Shown here: positions 1 to 8,531 of the stretch, piece after piece | How the letters are laid out: each line of letters begins with the position of its first letter | Numbering within the stretch: the stretch's first letter is position 1 | DNA from: an uncultured Chloroflexia bacterium | GTDB lineage: Bacteria; Chloroflexota; Limnocylindria; Limnocylindrales; CSP1-4 | Assembly (NCBI GenBank): GCA_963721765.1 | Contig: CAVRJP010000001.1 | Span: 1,306,984-1,370,983, forward strand | DNA length: 64,000 nt | Direction: 5' to 3' | Translations under genes and position numbers: made by a program | The notes under the pieces: model-generated | What the model was told of the DNA's origin: nothing | What the model saw: only the letters and a program-made list of their open reading frames with translations | The model's database searches: none

Positions 1-114
1 GGCGCGGACGTGCGGCGGCTCCAGCTGGCCGGCGACCGCGACGCGATCCGGGATGCGGCGGCCCACGCCGTGCTGGAGTGGCTCATCGAGCGTGCCGAGG
101 CGGCTCGTCCGTGA
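1..114 (+). CDS. 3' end (last 37 codons) of a CDS that starts upstream of the window; product unassigned
   Basis: Frame 1 is open from nt 1 to TGA 112-114 with GC-rich third positions. The stop overlaps the GTG at 111 (GTGA). Too short to name. Confidence 0.4.
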   Translation, partial: GADVRRLQLAGDRDAIRDAAAHAVLEWLIERAEAARP

Positions 115-1682
115 CCCGGACACCCGCCGAGCTGGGCGCCGGCCTCGCACCGCCGCGGCCGTCCCGGGCGATCCGCGCGGGCGAGCGAATCCACGTGCTC
201 GGGATCGCCGGAGCGGGCGCGTCCGCGGCGGCGCTGCATGCCTGGGCCGCCGGGGCGATCGTCTCGGGCTGCGATCCGGGCGGTCCCTCGCCATACACAC
301 CCCCGCTCGAAGCCGTGGGCATCCCGATCGCCTGGGCGCACCACGCGGGGCACGTCACCGATGGCCCGCGACCCGACCGACTGGCCGTCACGAAGGCACT
401 CACCGCCGTCGCGCCGGATCACCCGGAGCTGCTCGCCGCCGCGAGACGGGGCATCCCCGCCGAGGCGTGGCAGCAGGTCATCACCGACGCCGCGCACGGC
501 CGGAAGCTGATCGCCGTCGCCGGCACGCACGGCAAGAGCACCACCGCCGGCTGGCTCACCTGGATCCTCGCCGAGGTCGGCCGCGATCCCGGCGCGTTCG
601 TCGGCGCGTCGCTGCCGGCGGGCCTCACGGGTGGCATCCCGGCGACCGCGAGGTTGGGGAAGGGCGCCTCGTTCGTCGTGGAGGCCGACGAGTACGCGGG
701 CAACTTCGACGCCTATCGACCGGATGTCGTCGTGCTCACGACCATCGAGTGGGACCACCCGGACGTCTTCGCCGACCGGGCCGCCGTGATCGAGGCGTTC
801 GCGCGCTGGCTCGGCGGCACGCCGGACGCGACCGTGATCGCCAACCTCGGGGACCCGGGCGTGGTCGAGCTGCTCGCCGAGCTCGCGAAGCGACAGGACC
901 GAACGGGGTCGATCATCGGCGTCGCGCTCGAAGGCGTTGCCCGTCGAAGCGCGGGGCTCGAGCGGGCCGAGCCGGCCGAGCCGGCCGAGCTCTGGGTCGA
1001 CCGCCAGCTTGCTGGCGAGGTGCTCGACCGCACGCCCGCAGGGACACTGCTCGAGATCGATGGGCTTGCCGGCTCGCGGCTTCGAGTGACCGTCCCGGCC
1101 GCGGGCGACCACAACGCGTCGAACGCCTTGCTCGCGCTCGCGGCGGCGGCGGCCGAGGACCCGGGCGCTCGCGACAGGGCAGACCAGCTCCTGTGGGCGC
1201 TGGCCAGGTTCCCGGGGATCGGGCGCCGGTTGGAGCGCAAAGGCGAGGCGAGCGGCGTCGTCGTGTACGACGACTACGGCCACCATCCGACGGCGATCCG
1301 GGCGACGATCGCCGCACTGCGACAACGGGAGCCGGAGCGCCGCGTCTGGGCGGTCTACGAGCCGCTGACGTATCACCGGACCGCGGCCATGCTCCTCGAG
1401 TTCGCCGAGGCCCTGGCGGATGCCGACGCGGTCGCGATCGCCGACATCTGGGCCAGCCGCGACCTCGACACGACCGTGACGTCGCCGGAGTCGCTGGCCT
1501 CGGCGGTACGGGCGCGCCGAGCCGACATCACGGCGGTAGCCCCCGGTACCGTCGAGGAGACCGCCGCGTGGCTTGCGCGGCAGGTGCGCGAGGGCGACGC
1601 GGTCCTCGTCATGGGCGGCGGCCGCAGCTACCGAATCGCCGAGCTGCTCCTCGAGGCTCTCGAGGCGCGCGGAGGTTCCTGA
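111..1682 (+). CDS. murC: UDP-N-acetylmuramate--L-alanine ligase (Mur ligase family; MurC, Mpl not excluded)
   Basis: ORF 78..1682. Motifs: Rossmann-like 'RIHVLGIAGAGASAAAL', Mur-ligase P-loop 'IAVAGTHGKSTT', 'VVEADEYAGNF', 'DDYGHHPTAI'. Start placed at in-frame GTG 111, which overlaps the upstream stop; ATG 78 is also possible. Confidence 0.85.
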   Translation: MTRTPAELGAGLAPPRPSRAIRAGERIHVLGIAGAGASAAALHAWAAGAIVSGCDPGGPSPYTPPLEAVGIPIAWAHHAGHVTDGPRPDRLAVTKALTAVAPDHPELLAAARRGIPAEAWQQVITDAAHGRKLIAVAGTHGKSTTAGWLTWILAEVGRDPGAFVGASLPAGLTGGIPATARLGKGASFVVEADEYAGNFDAYRPDVVVLTTIEWDHPDVFADRAAVIEAFARWLGGTPDATVIANLGDPGVVELLAELAKRQDRTGSIIGVALEGVARRSAGLERAEPAEPAELWVDRQLAGEVLDRTPAGTLLEIDGLAGSRLRVTVPAAGDHNASNALLALAAAAAEDPGARDRADQLLWALARFPGIGRRLERKGEASGVVVYDDYGHHPTAIRATIAALRQREPERRVWAVYEPLTYHRTAAMLLEFAEALADADAVAIADIWASRDLDTTVTSPESLASAVRARRADITAVAPGTVEETAAWLARQVREGDAVLVMGGGRSYRIAELLLEALEARGGS

Positions 1683-1747
1683 GGACCGCGTAACGCCCTG
1701 AGCCTCCCTGGCAGCCGCGGCTCATCTCTCCCCTGGCGGTTCCGGCT

Positions 1748-2066
1748 CATGTCTGGCAGACAACGAATCCGGCGCGAGCGGCAGGGTCGAGCCGACTCTG
1801 GCGGCGCTCCGACGACTGCGCATGTCTGGCAGACAACGATCCGGCGCGAGCGGCAGGGCCGAGCCGACTCTGGCGGCGCTCCGACGACTCGCATGTCTGG
1901 CAGACAACGATCCGGCGCGAGCGGCAGGGCCGAGCCGACTCTGGCGGCGCTCCGACGACTCGCATGTCTGGCAGACAACGATCCGGCGCGAGCGGCAGGG
2001 CCGAGCCGACTCTGGCGGCGCTCCGACGACGCGCATGTCTGGCAGACAAGAATCCGGACCGAACGG
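1748..2066. repeat. Intergenic tandem repeat, 71-73 bp unit, 4 full copies plus a partial fifth
   Basis: Units start at 1748, 1821, 1892, 1963 and 2034 (partial), each beginning 'catgtctggcagacaacgatccggcgcgagcggcagggccgagccgactctggcggcgctccgacgac'. Copies are nearly identical. Each contains the palindrome GTCTGGCAGAC. Confidence 0.9.
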
Positions 2067-2338
2067 CGTCGTCACGCCCGCGCGGGAGTCAATTCGAACG
2101 CCTTCTTGTCTGACGGGCATGGATCCACGTCGATGGACAGGAGCTGGTCGGATCCTGGGACCGCTCGATCAGGATTGATGACTGTCGGTCAAGGTGGTAC
2201 CAGCGACGGTGGCCCCGAAGCAACGGATCAGGGCCAACCCATGTCCTCACGCGCGTCGAACCGGCATACTGGCGCGCGACACATGACGCAGCTCCGGTGT
2301 GGGCACTACGCCGCGCCGGCCACGGGAGGCGATACGCG

Positions 2339-2830
2339 ATGAGTGGCGAGGTCTCGTTCGACGTCGTCAGCGAGTTCGACGCCCAGGAGCTCCGCAACGC
2401 GCTGGACCAGGTCCGACGCGAGACGATCCAGCGGTACGACTTCCGGGGCGCGACGGTCGACCTCGAGCAGGGCAAGGACGAGCTGGTCCTCGTCACCGAC
2501 GACGAGTTCCGCGCCACCGCGGTGAAGGACCTGATCCTCTCGAAGGCCGTGCGCCGCGGGCTGTCGCTCAAGGTGTTCGACTGGGGGACGGTCGAGCCGG
2601 CCGGCGGCAACAAGGTCCGCCAGAAGATCGGGCTCCGTCAGGGCCTGCCCGAGGAGCTGGCGAAGAAGATCACGAAGCTCATCCGCGACGAGTTCCCCAA
2701 GGTCAAGTCGCAGATCCAGGGCGACGCCGTCCGCGTCTCGAGCAAGAGCAAGGACGACCTCCAGCGGGTGATCGCGCGGCTGCGCGGGCTCGACGAGGTC
2801 GTCGAGCTCCAGTTCCAGAACTACCGCTAG
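2339..2830 (+). CDS. yajQ: YajQ-family (UPF0234) nucleotide-binding protein
   Basis: ORF 2297..2830, start moved to ATG 2339. 'MSGEVSFDVVSEFDAQELRNALDQVRRETIQRYDFRG...VRVSSKSKDDLQRVI' matches my memory of the YajQ family along its full ~163-aa length. Confidence 0.85.
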   Translation: MSGEVSFDVVSEFDAQELRNALDQVRRETIQRYDFRGATVDLEQGKDELVLVTDDEFRATAVKDLILSKAVRRGLSLKVFDWGTVEPAGGNKVRQKIGLRQGLPEELAKKITKLIRDEFPKVKSQIQGDAVRVSSKSKDDLQRVIARLRGLDEVVELQFQNYR

Positions 2831-2838
2831 GCGATGCG

Positions 2839-2940
2839 ATGGTGGCGCGGGTGCTGGCACGCCTGGTCGTGCTGTTCGTGGTGATCATCGTCATCGTGAG
2901 CCTCGTGCTCACCTCGGTCACCGGCCCGGTGCTGCCATGA
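2839..2940 (+). CDS. Possible 33-aa hydrophobic membrane peptide
   Basis: ATG 2839 lies in the frame of ORF 2299..2940: 'MVARVLARLVVLFVVIIVIVSLVLTSVTGPVLP'. GC-rich third positions. Its TGA overlaps the ATG of the next gene (ATGA at 2937-2940). No homology evidence. Confidence 0.3.
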   Translation: MVARVLARLVVLFVVIIVIVSLVLTSVTGPVLP

Positions 2941-5069
2941 CCGAGGAACGGCCGGAGACCGGCGCGATGACGGCCGAGGAAATCGAGGCGGCGCCGGCAG
3001 CCGAGGACCTGGGCCCTGACGACCTGGGCCCTGACGACCTGGGGCCTGACGACAAGGGGCCTGACGACAAGGGACCCGAGCGCTTGGGAACCGATGACCT
3101 CGCGCCCGACGAGGAACCGGCCTCCGACGAGCAGCGGGCGGCCGACGAGCAGCCGGCGGCCGACGAGCCTGCTGCCGATGAGCTCGGGACCGACGAGCTC
3201 ACCGCGGTTGACGCCGCTCCGAGCGAGCTCACCTCCGACGACTTGCTGCCGGCCGTCGACGCCGATGGACGCGACGCCTATCCCGGCTCAGAGGAGGGCG
3301 TCGAGGAGCCCGGGAGCGCGGCACGTGACGCCGCCGACGAGGGCCTGCTCGCCCCGGATTCCGAACCGCAGATCGACCAGCCGGCGGTTGCCCCCGAGAC
3401 ACCCGCCCCCGCAGAGGCGATGACGGTCGGCCGGATGTTCGCCGACTCGATCCGGCGGGCCGGGGTGCGCTGGGCGTTCACGGTGCCTGGCGAGAGCTTC
3501 CTCGGCCTGCTCGAGGGCCTCGAGGCAGTCGGGATCAACGTCGTGGCGACGCGGCACGAGGGTGCCGCCGCGTTCATGGCCGAGGCACATGCCCAGCTGA
3601 CCGGCCGGCCGGCCGCGTGCCTCGGAACGCGCGCGGTCGGCGGCTCCAACCTCGCGATCGGCATCCACACCGCCTTCTCGGACTCGAGCCCCATGTTCGC
3701 CTTCATCGGCCAGGTCGAGCGACGGTCGCGCGGGCGCGAGGGGTTCCAGGAGATCGAGGTCACCGAGACGATCGGCCGCCTTGCCAAGTGGGCCGCCGAG
3801 CCGACCGATGTGGCGTCGGCAATCGAGGCGGCGGTCGGAGCGGTCGACCAGGCGCTCAACGGCCGGCCCGGCCCGGTCGTGCTGAGCCTCGCCGAGGACC
3901 TGCTGGACGAGGAGGTCCCGGCCGGCCTCGCGCCCCATCTCGCACGGATCCCGCCGCCGCGGCCCACCGACGACCAGGTGCGCGACGTGCTGCGACTCCT
4001 GGCGGGAGCCGAGCGACCGGTCATCCTCGCGGGCGCCGGCGTGCTCCGTGCGCGGACGTCGAACGACCTCGTCCGGCTCGCGGAGCTGCTGCGCATCCCG
4101 GTCATCGCTTCGTGGCGCCGCGGTGACGTGATCTCGAACGACCACCCGCTGTACCTGGGCATGACCGGCTACGGCGCTCCGCCGACGGTCCGGGAGCGCC
4201 TCGAGCGTGCGGACGCGGTGCTCGTGATCGGCTGCCGGCTCGGCGAGATCACGACGTACGGCTGGTCGATTCCCGCGGCCGGGACGAGGTGGGCGCACGT
4301 CGACATCGCGCCCGCGGCGGTCTTCGGTGACCTGCCGCCGGCCGAGCTGACGGTCGCGTCGGACGCGCGGCTCTTCCTGCGCGCCGCCGTCGCGCGACTC
4401 GAGACGCGCGCCGTGCTGGACGCCGCCGCCGTGGATGCGCGTGTCGCCCGGAATGCGGAGGACCGCGCGGCGTGGGAGGCTGCCACCGTCATCGACGCGC
4501 ATCCGTGGGACGGCCCGGGCGTGCATCCCGGGAGGGTCATCACGACGCTCCGCCAGCTCCTCCCGGACGACGCCATCGTCGCCACCGACGCCGGGAGCTT
4601 CGGGACGTGGGCGGCGCGCGGCTTCCGCTTCCGTCGACCCGGCACGTTCCTCGGCTCGACGTCGGGTGCGATGGGCTATGGCCTGCCCGCAGCGATCGCG
4701 GCCGGACTCGTCCATCGCGATCGCGCCGTGGTGGCGCTGGTCGGCGACGGCGGCCTCGGCATGACACTCGCCGAGGTCGAGACCGCGGTGCGCAGCGGCC
4801 TCCGGACGATCGTCCTCACGTTCGACAACCAGCGCTACGGGATGATCCGCTCGTACCAGGATCGGCGCCCGGGCGCGGCCGGCGTCGCCACCGACCTCGG
4901 CCCGATCGACTTCGCCGCCGCCGCACGTGCGATGGGCGCGCGCGGGATCCGCGTCGAGGACGACGCGGGGTTCGAGCCGGCCCTTCGCCAGGCGCTCGTT
5001 GCGGATCGACCGACGTTGATCCATCTCGTGGTCGACCGTCGCTGGGAGGGCGTCGACAGCCGGCCGTGA
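2937..5069 (+). CDS. Thiamine-pyrophosphate enzyme of the acetolactate-synthase large-subunit family, with a ~160-aa acidic low-complexity N-terminal extension
   Basis: ORF 2937..5069. The core starts at 'MTVGRMFADSIRRAGVRWAFTVPGESFLGLLEGL...ATRHEGAAAFMAEAHAQLTGRPAACLGTRAVGGSNL'. TPP motif 'VGDGGLGMTLAEVETAVRSGLRTIVLTFDNQRYGMI'. An internal start at ATG 3420 is the alternative. Confidence 0.85.
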   Translation: MTEERPETGAMTAEEIEAAPAAEDLGPDDLGPDDLGPDDKGPDDKGPERLGTDDLAPDEEPASDEQRAADEQPAADEPAADELGTDELTAVDAAPSELTSDDLLPAVDADGRDAYPGSEEGVEEPGSAARDAADEGLLAPDSEPQIDQPAVAPETPAPAEAMTVGRMFADSIRRAGVRWAFTVPGESFLGLLEGLEAVGINVVATRHEGAAAFMAEAHAQLTGRPAACLGTRAVGGSNLAIGIHTAFSDSSPMFAFIGQVERRSRGREGFQEIEVTETIGRLAKWAAEPTDVASAIEAAVGAVDQALNGRPGPVVLSLAEDLLDEEVPAGLAPHLARIPPPRPTDDQVRDVLRLLAGAERPVILAGAGVLRARTSNDLVRLAELLRIPVIASWRRGDVISNDHPLYLGMTGYGAPPTVRERLERADAVLVIGCRLGEITTYGWSIPAAGTRWAHVDIAPAAVFGDLPPAELTVASDARLFLRAAVARLETRAVLDAAAVDARVARNAEDRAAWEAATVIDAHPWDGPGVHPGRVITTLRQLLPDDAIVATDAGSFGTWAARGFRFRRPGTFLGSTSGAMGYGLPAAIAAGLVHRDRAVVALVGDGGLGMTLAEVETAVRSGLRTIVLTFDNQRYGMIRSYQDRRPGAAGVATDLGPIDFAAAARAMGARGIRVEDDAGFEPALRQALVADRPTLIHLVVDRRWEGVDSRP
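3006..3080 (+). repeat. In-frame 15-bp tandem repeat (5 copies) encoding (D-L/K-G-P-D)n
   Basis: 'gacctgggccctgac' x2, then 'gacctggggcctgac', 'gacaaggggcctgac', 'gacaagggacccgag', read directly. The period is a multiple of 3 and lies inside the acidic N-terminal extension. Confidence 0.85.
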
Positions 5070-5578
5070 GCGACGCCCGCGACCCGTACGACGTGCTCGG
5101 GGTCCCGCGCTGGGCCTCGACGCAGGAGATTCGGGCTGCCTACGTCGATCGGGCCCGACGCGCGCACCCCGACCTCGTCGGTACCCAGGGCCTCGAGGTC
5201 ATGCGCATCCTCAACGAGGCCTGGGACGTGCTCAAGGACCCGGTCCGGAGGGCGGAGTACGACGTGGCGAGCCGCGGTCCGGGCGGTGGCGCGGGCGGTG
5301 GCGCGAGCGCGCGCGCCGACCCGTCGTCGGCCGAGAGCACGAGCAGCAAGCCGTTCTGGACCGGCGCGGCGGGTCCGCCACCGGGTCGACCGTCGGGACC
5401 AGTGCTCGACTTCGGCATCTACGCCGGCTGGTCACTCGGCGAGGTCCTGCGCATCGATCGTGGTTGGCTCGCCTGGGCCCGGGACCGGCGCGAGACCGCA
5501 GCCTACCGAAAGGACATCGTGGAGCTCCTCGGTCCGCTTGCCGACGACGATGACGGGGGCCGACGCCGCGGTCGCTGA
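5066..5578 (+). CDS. J-domain (DnaJ-like) protein with Gly-rich linker and uncharacterised C-terminal domain
   Basis: In frame of ORF 4472..5578. GTG 5066 overlaps the TPP-enzyme stop (GTGA). 'DPYDVLGVPRWASTQEIRAAYVDRARRAHPDLV...ILNEAWDVLKDPVRRAEYD' carries the HPD signature. Confidence 0.85.
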   Translation: MSDARDPYDVLGVPRWASTQEIRAAYVDRARRAHPDLVGTQGLEVMRILNEAWDVLKDPVRRAEYDVASRGPGGGAGGGASARADPSSAESTSSKPFWTGAAGPPPGRPSGPVLDFGIYAGWSLGEVLRIDRGWLAWARDRRETAAYRKDIVELLGPLADDDDGGRRRGR

Positions 5579-5734
5579 CCACAGCCAGGCCGCCACAAGT
5601 CGCTGCGCATCGCACGGCCGCGCTATCGCTTGGGTGGAGGCTTGCAGACCAGTTGCAACCGGCTCGGACGGCTCGCTTCTCGGCCTCCGCGCCGGGATAC
5701 TCTGGACTGCGTCCGAATCCCCCGCGGGAGGAAC

Positions 5735-6949
5735 ATGGCGATCCACGCACCGGCGACGAATGCCCCCACACCCATCGGATCGGCGCGCCAACCCGTCGAG
5801 CCCGCCGCGGCCGATGGTCCGGGGAGCACTGCGAAGCACCGTGCGACGACGTGGGCGAGAGCGGAGGCCGGCTATCGACAGCTGATCGAATCGCTCGGCG
5901 TCGCGGTCTACACGACGGACGCCGAGGGCCGGATCACGTTCTTCAACGAGGCCGCGGCCTCGTTCTGGGGCCGCCGCCCGGAGCTCGGCGAGCTGTGGTG
6001 CGGGTCGTACCGGCTGTTCTGGCCGGACGGCAGGGCGATGGCCCACGAGGAATGTCCGATGGCGATCGCGCTCGTCGACGGTCGCGAGCTCCGCGGCGTC
6101 GAGGCGATCGCCGAGCGTCCGGATGGGTCCCGGATCTCGTTCAAGCCATATCCGACGCTCCTGCGCGACCCGGACGGGACGGTCGTCGGTGCGGTGAACG
6201 TGCTCGTCGACGTCACGGACCGGACGGAGGCCGAATCGGCCCTTCGCGCGACCGCCGAGGCCCTGCGCGCCTCGAACGCCGTGAAGGACGAGTTCCTCGG
6301 GCTCGTCTCGCACGAGCTGCGAACCCCCGTGACGACGATCTTCGGCAACGCGCGCCTGCTCCGGGACCGGGGTGAGCGCCTGTCGACGGCAGATCGCGCC
6401 TCGATGGTCGGCGACATCGCCGGGGAGGCCGAGCGCCTGCTCGGCGTCGTGGAGAACCTGCTCCTGCTGACCAGGCTCGAGTCCGGGATCCAACCGGATC
6501 CCGAGCCACAGGTGCTTGCACACGTGACCCGAACGATCGTCGAGTCGTTCCGGCGCCGCCATCCGAGCCGGACCTTCGAGCTCTCGGGCGAGCCCCGCAA
6601 TCTCATCGTCGAGGCTGACCGGCCATACCTCGACCTGATCCTCGAGAACCTCCTCAGCAACGCGCTGAAGTACAGCCCCGGCGATACGCCGATCGAGGTG
6701 GTCGTGGGCGCCACCGACCTGGAAGCACAGGTCACCGTGCTCGATCGCGGGATCGGCCTCGGCGACACCGATCCGGATCGACTGTTCACGCCCTTCTACC
6801 GGGCAGACACAGCCCGCGGTCGAGCTTCCGGCCTGGGGATTGGACTGGCCGCGTGCCGGCGCGTGGCGGAGAGCCTCGGCGGCCGGATCTGGGCCGAGCC
6901 GCGCAAGGGCGGTGGCTCACAGTTCGGCTTCGCGCTGCCCCTCGCCTGA
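5735..6949 (+). CDS. PAS-domain sensor histidine kinase (HisKA + HATPase_c), no adjacent response regulator
   Basis: ORF 5630..6949, start moved to ATG 5735 behind 'gggagga'. PAS-like 'VAVYTTDAEGRITFFNEAAASFWG'. H-box 'LVSHELRTPVTTI', N-box 'ENLLSNALKYS', G-boxes 'DRGIGL' and 'GLGIGLAACR'. Confidence 0.9.
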   Translation: MAIHAPATNAPTPIGSARQPVEPAAADGPGSTAKHRATTWARAEAGYRQLIESLGVAVYTTDAEGRITFFNEAAASFWGRRPELGELWCGSYRLFWPDGRAMAHEECPMAIALVDGRELRGVEAIAERPDGSRISFKPYPTLLRDPDGTVVGAVNVLVDVTDRTEAESALRATAEALRASNAVKDEFLGLVSHELRTPVTTIFGNARLLRDRGERLSTADRASMVGDIAGEAERLLGVVENLLLLTRLESGIQPDPEPQVLAHVTRTIVESFRRRHPSRTFELSGEPRNLIVEADRPYLDLILENLLSNALKYSPGDTPIEVVVGATDLEAQVTVLDRGIGLGDTDPDRLFTPFYRADTARGRASGLGIGLAACRRVAESLGGRIWAEPRKGGGSQFGFALPLA

Positions 6950-6952
6950 GGG

Positions 6953-7177
6953 CTAACCGCGGCGACGGCCCTCCGCCGGCTGCTTCGCGGCTTTCGTCGC
7001 CTTCGCACCCTTCGCGCCCTTCGCCGCCTTCGCCTGGACGTCCAGGATCTGCTTGAACACCTTGCCCATGCCCGGGCGCATCAGCTCGCGCGCTTTCGCC
7101 TCCGCTTCGCGGTCACGCCGGCGGATGCGCGCCGCCTCACGCGCGTCGAGGTCGCCAGGTTCGCCGTCTCCGGTCAC
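6953..7177 (-). CDS. Possible small hypothetical protein with Lys/Ala-rich tail
   Basis: Only the 3' part of ORF 6953..7744 looks protein-like: '...DLDAREAARIRRRDREAEAKARELMRPGMGKVFKQILDVQAKAAKGAKGAKATKAAK'. The GTG 7177 start is arbitrary. The upstream part of the ORF is antisense to the GNAT gene. Confidence 0.25.
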   Translation of the reverse strand: MTGDGEPGDLDAREAARIRRRDREAEAKARELMRPGMGKVFKQILDVQAKAAKGAKGAKATKAAKQPAEGRRRG

Positions 7178-7235
7178 GGTGCGATCCTCGGGCCCCAACC
7201 CTCCCGCGTCAACGGCCGTCCGGTAGGCTTCGGGC

Positions 7236-8012
7236 GTGGCCACGAGGAAGAAGGCCGATGCGAAAGCCGAGAGCAATCCCGACGCCCTGAAGCGCGAGAG
7301 CGCGGGCTCGTACCGCACGGCGGACGGTCGGTTCACGGCGGAGCAGTCCTCGAGCGGCTGGCTGCTCCTCGACGGCGAGCACTCGAACGAGCTCGGGCTG
7401 CCGCTCGCGCGGGGTCCGTTCGCCACCCTTGCCGCAGCGCGCGATGCCATCGCGGTCGCGCGATCCGGACCACCGCCCGAATCGGAGCTGGAGACAAGGC
7501 CCGCACCGCGCCGGCCGGTGCTCGTCGGGCCGGCCGCGAAACCGTCGACGACGACGATCAGGGGCGCGCGCCGCGCCCCGAAACGCGCCGATCCGGCCGC
7601 GCTGGTGATCCGCGAGATCCGGACAGTGGACGGCGATGCCCTCCGCGCGCTCTGGAAGGACGCCGGCTTTCGCGATCTCGGGGATGACGACAAGAGCCTC
7701 GCCCGCCTCGCTCGGCGGAATCCGGGCCTCCTGTTGGTGGCCACGGAGGCCGGGCGTATCGTGGGCTCCGCGATGGGCGGCTGGGACGGACGGCGCGGAG
7801 CGATCTACCACGTCACGACCGCCAAGAGCCACCGCCGGCGCGGGATCGCGAGCCGGCTCGTTGCCCAGGTCGAAATGGGCTTGCGGGACGTCGGCTGCTC
7901 CGAGATCCGCGTGCGCGTCGCGCTGAAGAATGCCGACGGACGCGCGTTCTGGGAAGCCCGCGGCTACGACGCCAGCAAGACCGAGACGTACGCGAAGGGG
8001 ACGAAAGCTTGA
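7236..8012 (+). CDS. GNAT-family N-acetyltransferase with ~125-aa N-terminal extension
   Basis: ORF 7236..8012 (GTG start). The C-terminal half 'IREIRTVDGDALRALWKDAGF...LLLVATEAGRIVGSAMGGWDGRRGAIYHVTTAKSHRRRGIASRLV' has the GNAT motif A (R-x-x-G-x-A). Confidence 0.8.
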   Translation: MATRKKADAKAESNPDALKRESAGSYRTADGRFTAEQSSSGWLLLDGEHSNELGLPLARGPFATLAAARDAIAVARSGPPPESELETRPAPRRPVLVGPAAKPSTTTIRGARRAPKRADPAALVIREIRTVDGDALRALWKDAGFRDLGDDDKSLARLARRNPGLLLVATEAGRIVGSAMGGWDGRRGAIYHVTTAKSHRRRGIASRLVAQVEMGLRDVGCSEIRVRVALKNADGRAFWEARGYDASKTETYAKGTKA

Positions 8013-8518
8013 GCAGCATCGGCGAAGCCGTCGCGGGCGCGAGCGCGTACCTCACTGAGCATCCGGACGAGGCGCGCTACCGCGACTCGCACGCGACGGC
8101 GCGGCTTGGCGACGGCCTTCGCGTCGAGGTCACGGGTCCAGGTGGCGAGGCGCTTCGAACCGACATGCCACGCGCCATCGGCGGGTCGGCGACTGTCGCG
8201 TCGCCGGGCTGGTACTTCCGCGCGGCGGCCGCGGCCTGCGTCGCGTCGCTGATCGGCATCCGTGCTGCGATGCTCGGCGTCGAGCTGCCGGCGGAGGCGG
8301 TCGAGGTCATCGTGGACAGCGAATCGGACGACCGGGGGATCCTCGCGCTCGATGCCGCCATTCCCGCCGGGGTGCTGTCACTCCGCGTCGCTGTCTCGAT
8401 CGCCGGCGGCTCGGTCGATCGCTCGACGTTCGAGGACGTCGTCCGATGGGCGGTCGACCACTGTCCCGTCACCGACACGGCGCGCCGGGCGGTGCCCGTG
8501 GAGCTCCGGCTGGGCTAG
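8009..8518 (+). CDS. OsmC/Ohr-family protein (putative peroxiredoxin-like)
   Basis: ORF 8009..8518. The TTG start overlaps the GNAT stop. Size (~169 aa), 'SPGWYFRAAAAACVA' and C-terminal 'VDHCPVT' are consistent with OsmC-like proteins. This is motif memory only. Confidence 0.7.
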   Translation: MSSIGEAVAGASAYLTEHPDEARYRDSHATARLGDGLRVEVTGPGGEALRTDMPRAIGGSATVASPGWYFRAAAAACVASLIGIRAAMLGVELPAEAVEVIVDSESDDRGILALDAAIPAGVLSLRVAVSIAGGSVDRSTFEDVVRWAVDHCPVTDTARRAVPVELRLG

Positions 8519-8531
8519 CGCCCCTGGTCGA

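Noticed and set aside
53-1693. 546-aa ORF overlapping murC in another frame
   Set aside because: The translation is Arg/Gly/Pro/Ala-dominated with no motifs, which is typical of an off-frame ORF in very GC-rich DNA. The murC frame carries clear Mur-ligase motifs.
1748-2066. CRISPR array
   Set aside because: Whole 71-bp units repeat head-to-tail with no unique spacers, and no cas genes are present. The same holds for the arrays at 18524..18712 and 63172..63286.
3288-5024. 578-aa minus-strand ORF antisense to the TPP enzyme (also 3278..4162 and 4472..5065 off-frame parts)
   Set aside because: Junk-like Arg/Asp/Gly/Pro composition. The plus frame has the TPP-binding motif and family-wide collinearity.
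6953-7744. 263-aa minus-strand ORF as one gene
   Set aside because: Its 5' two-thirds are antisense to the GNAT gene and are Arg/Ser/Pro junk. Only the last ~75 codons (6953..7177) were kept, as a low-confidence small CDS.
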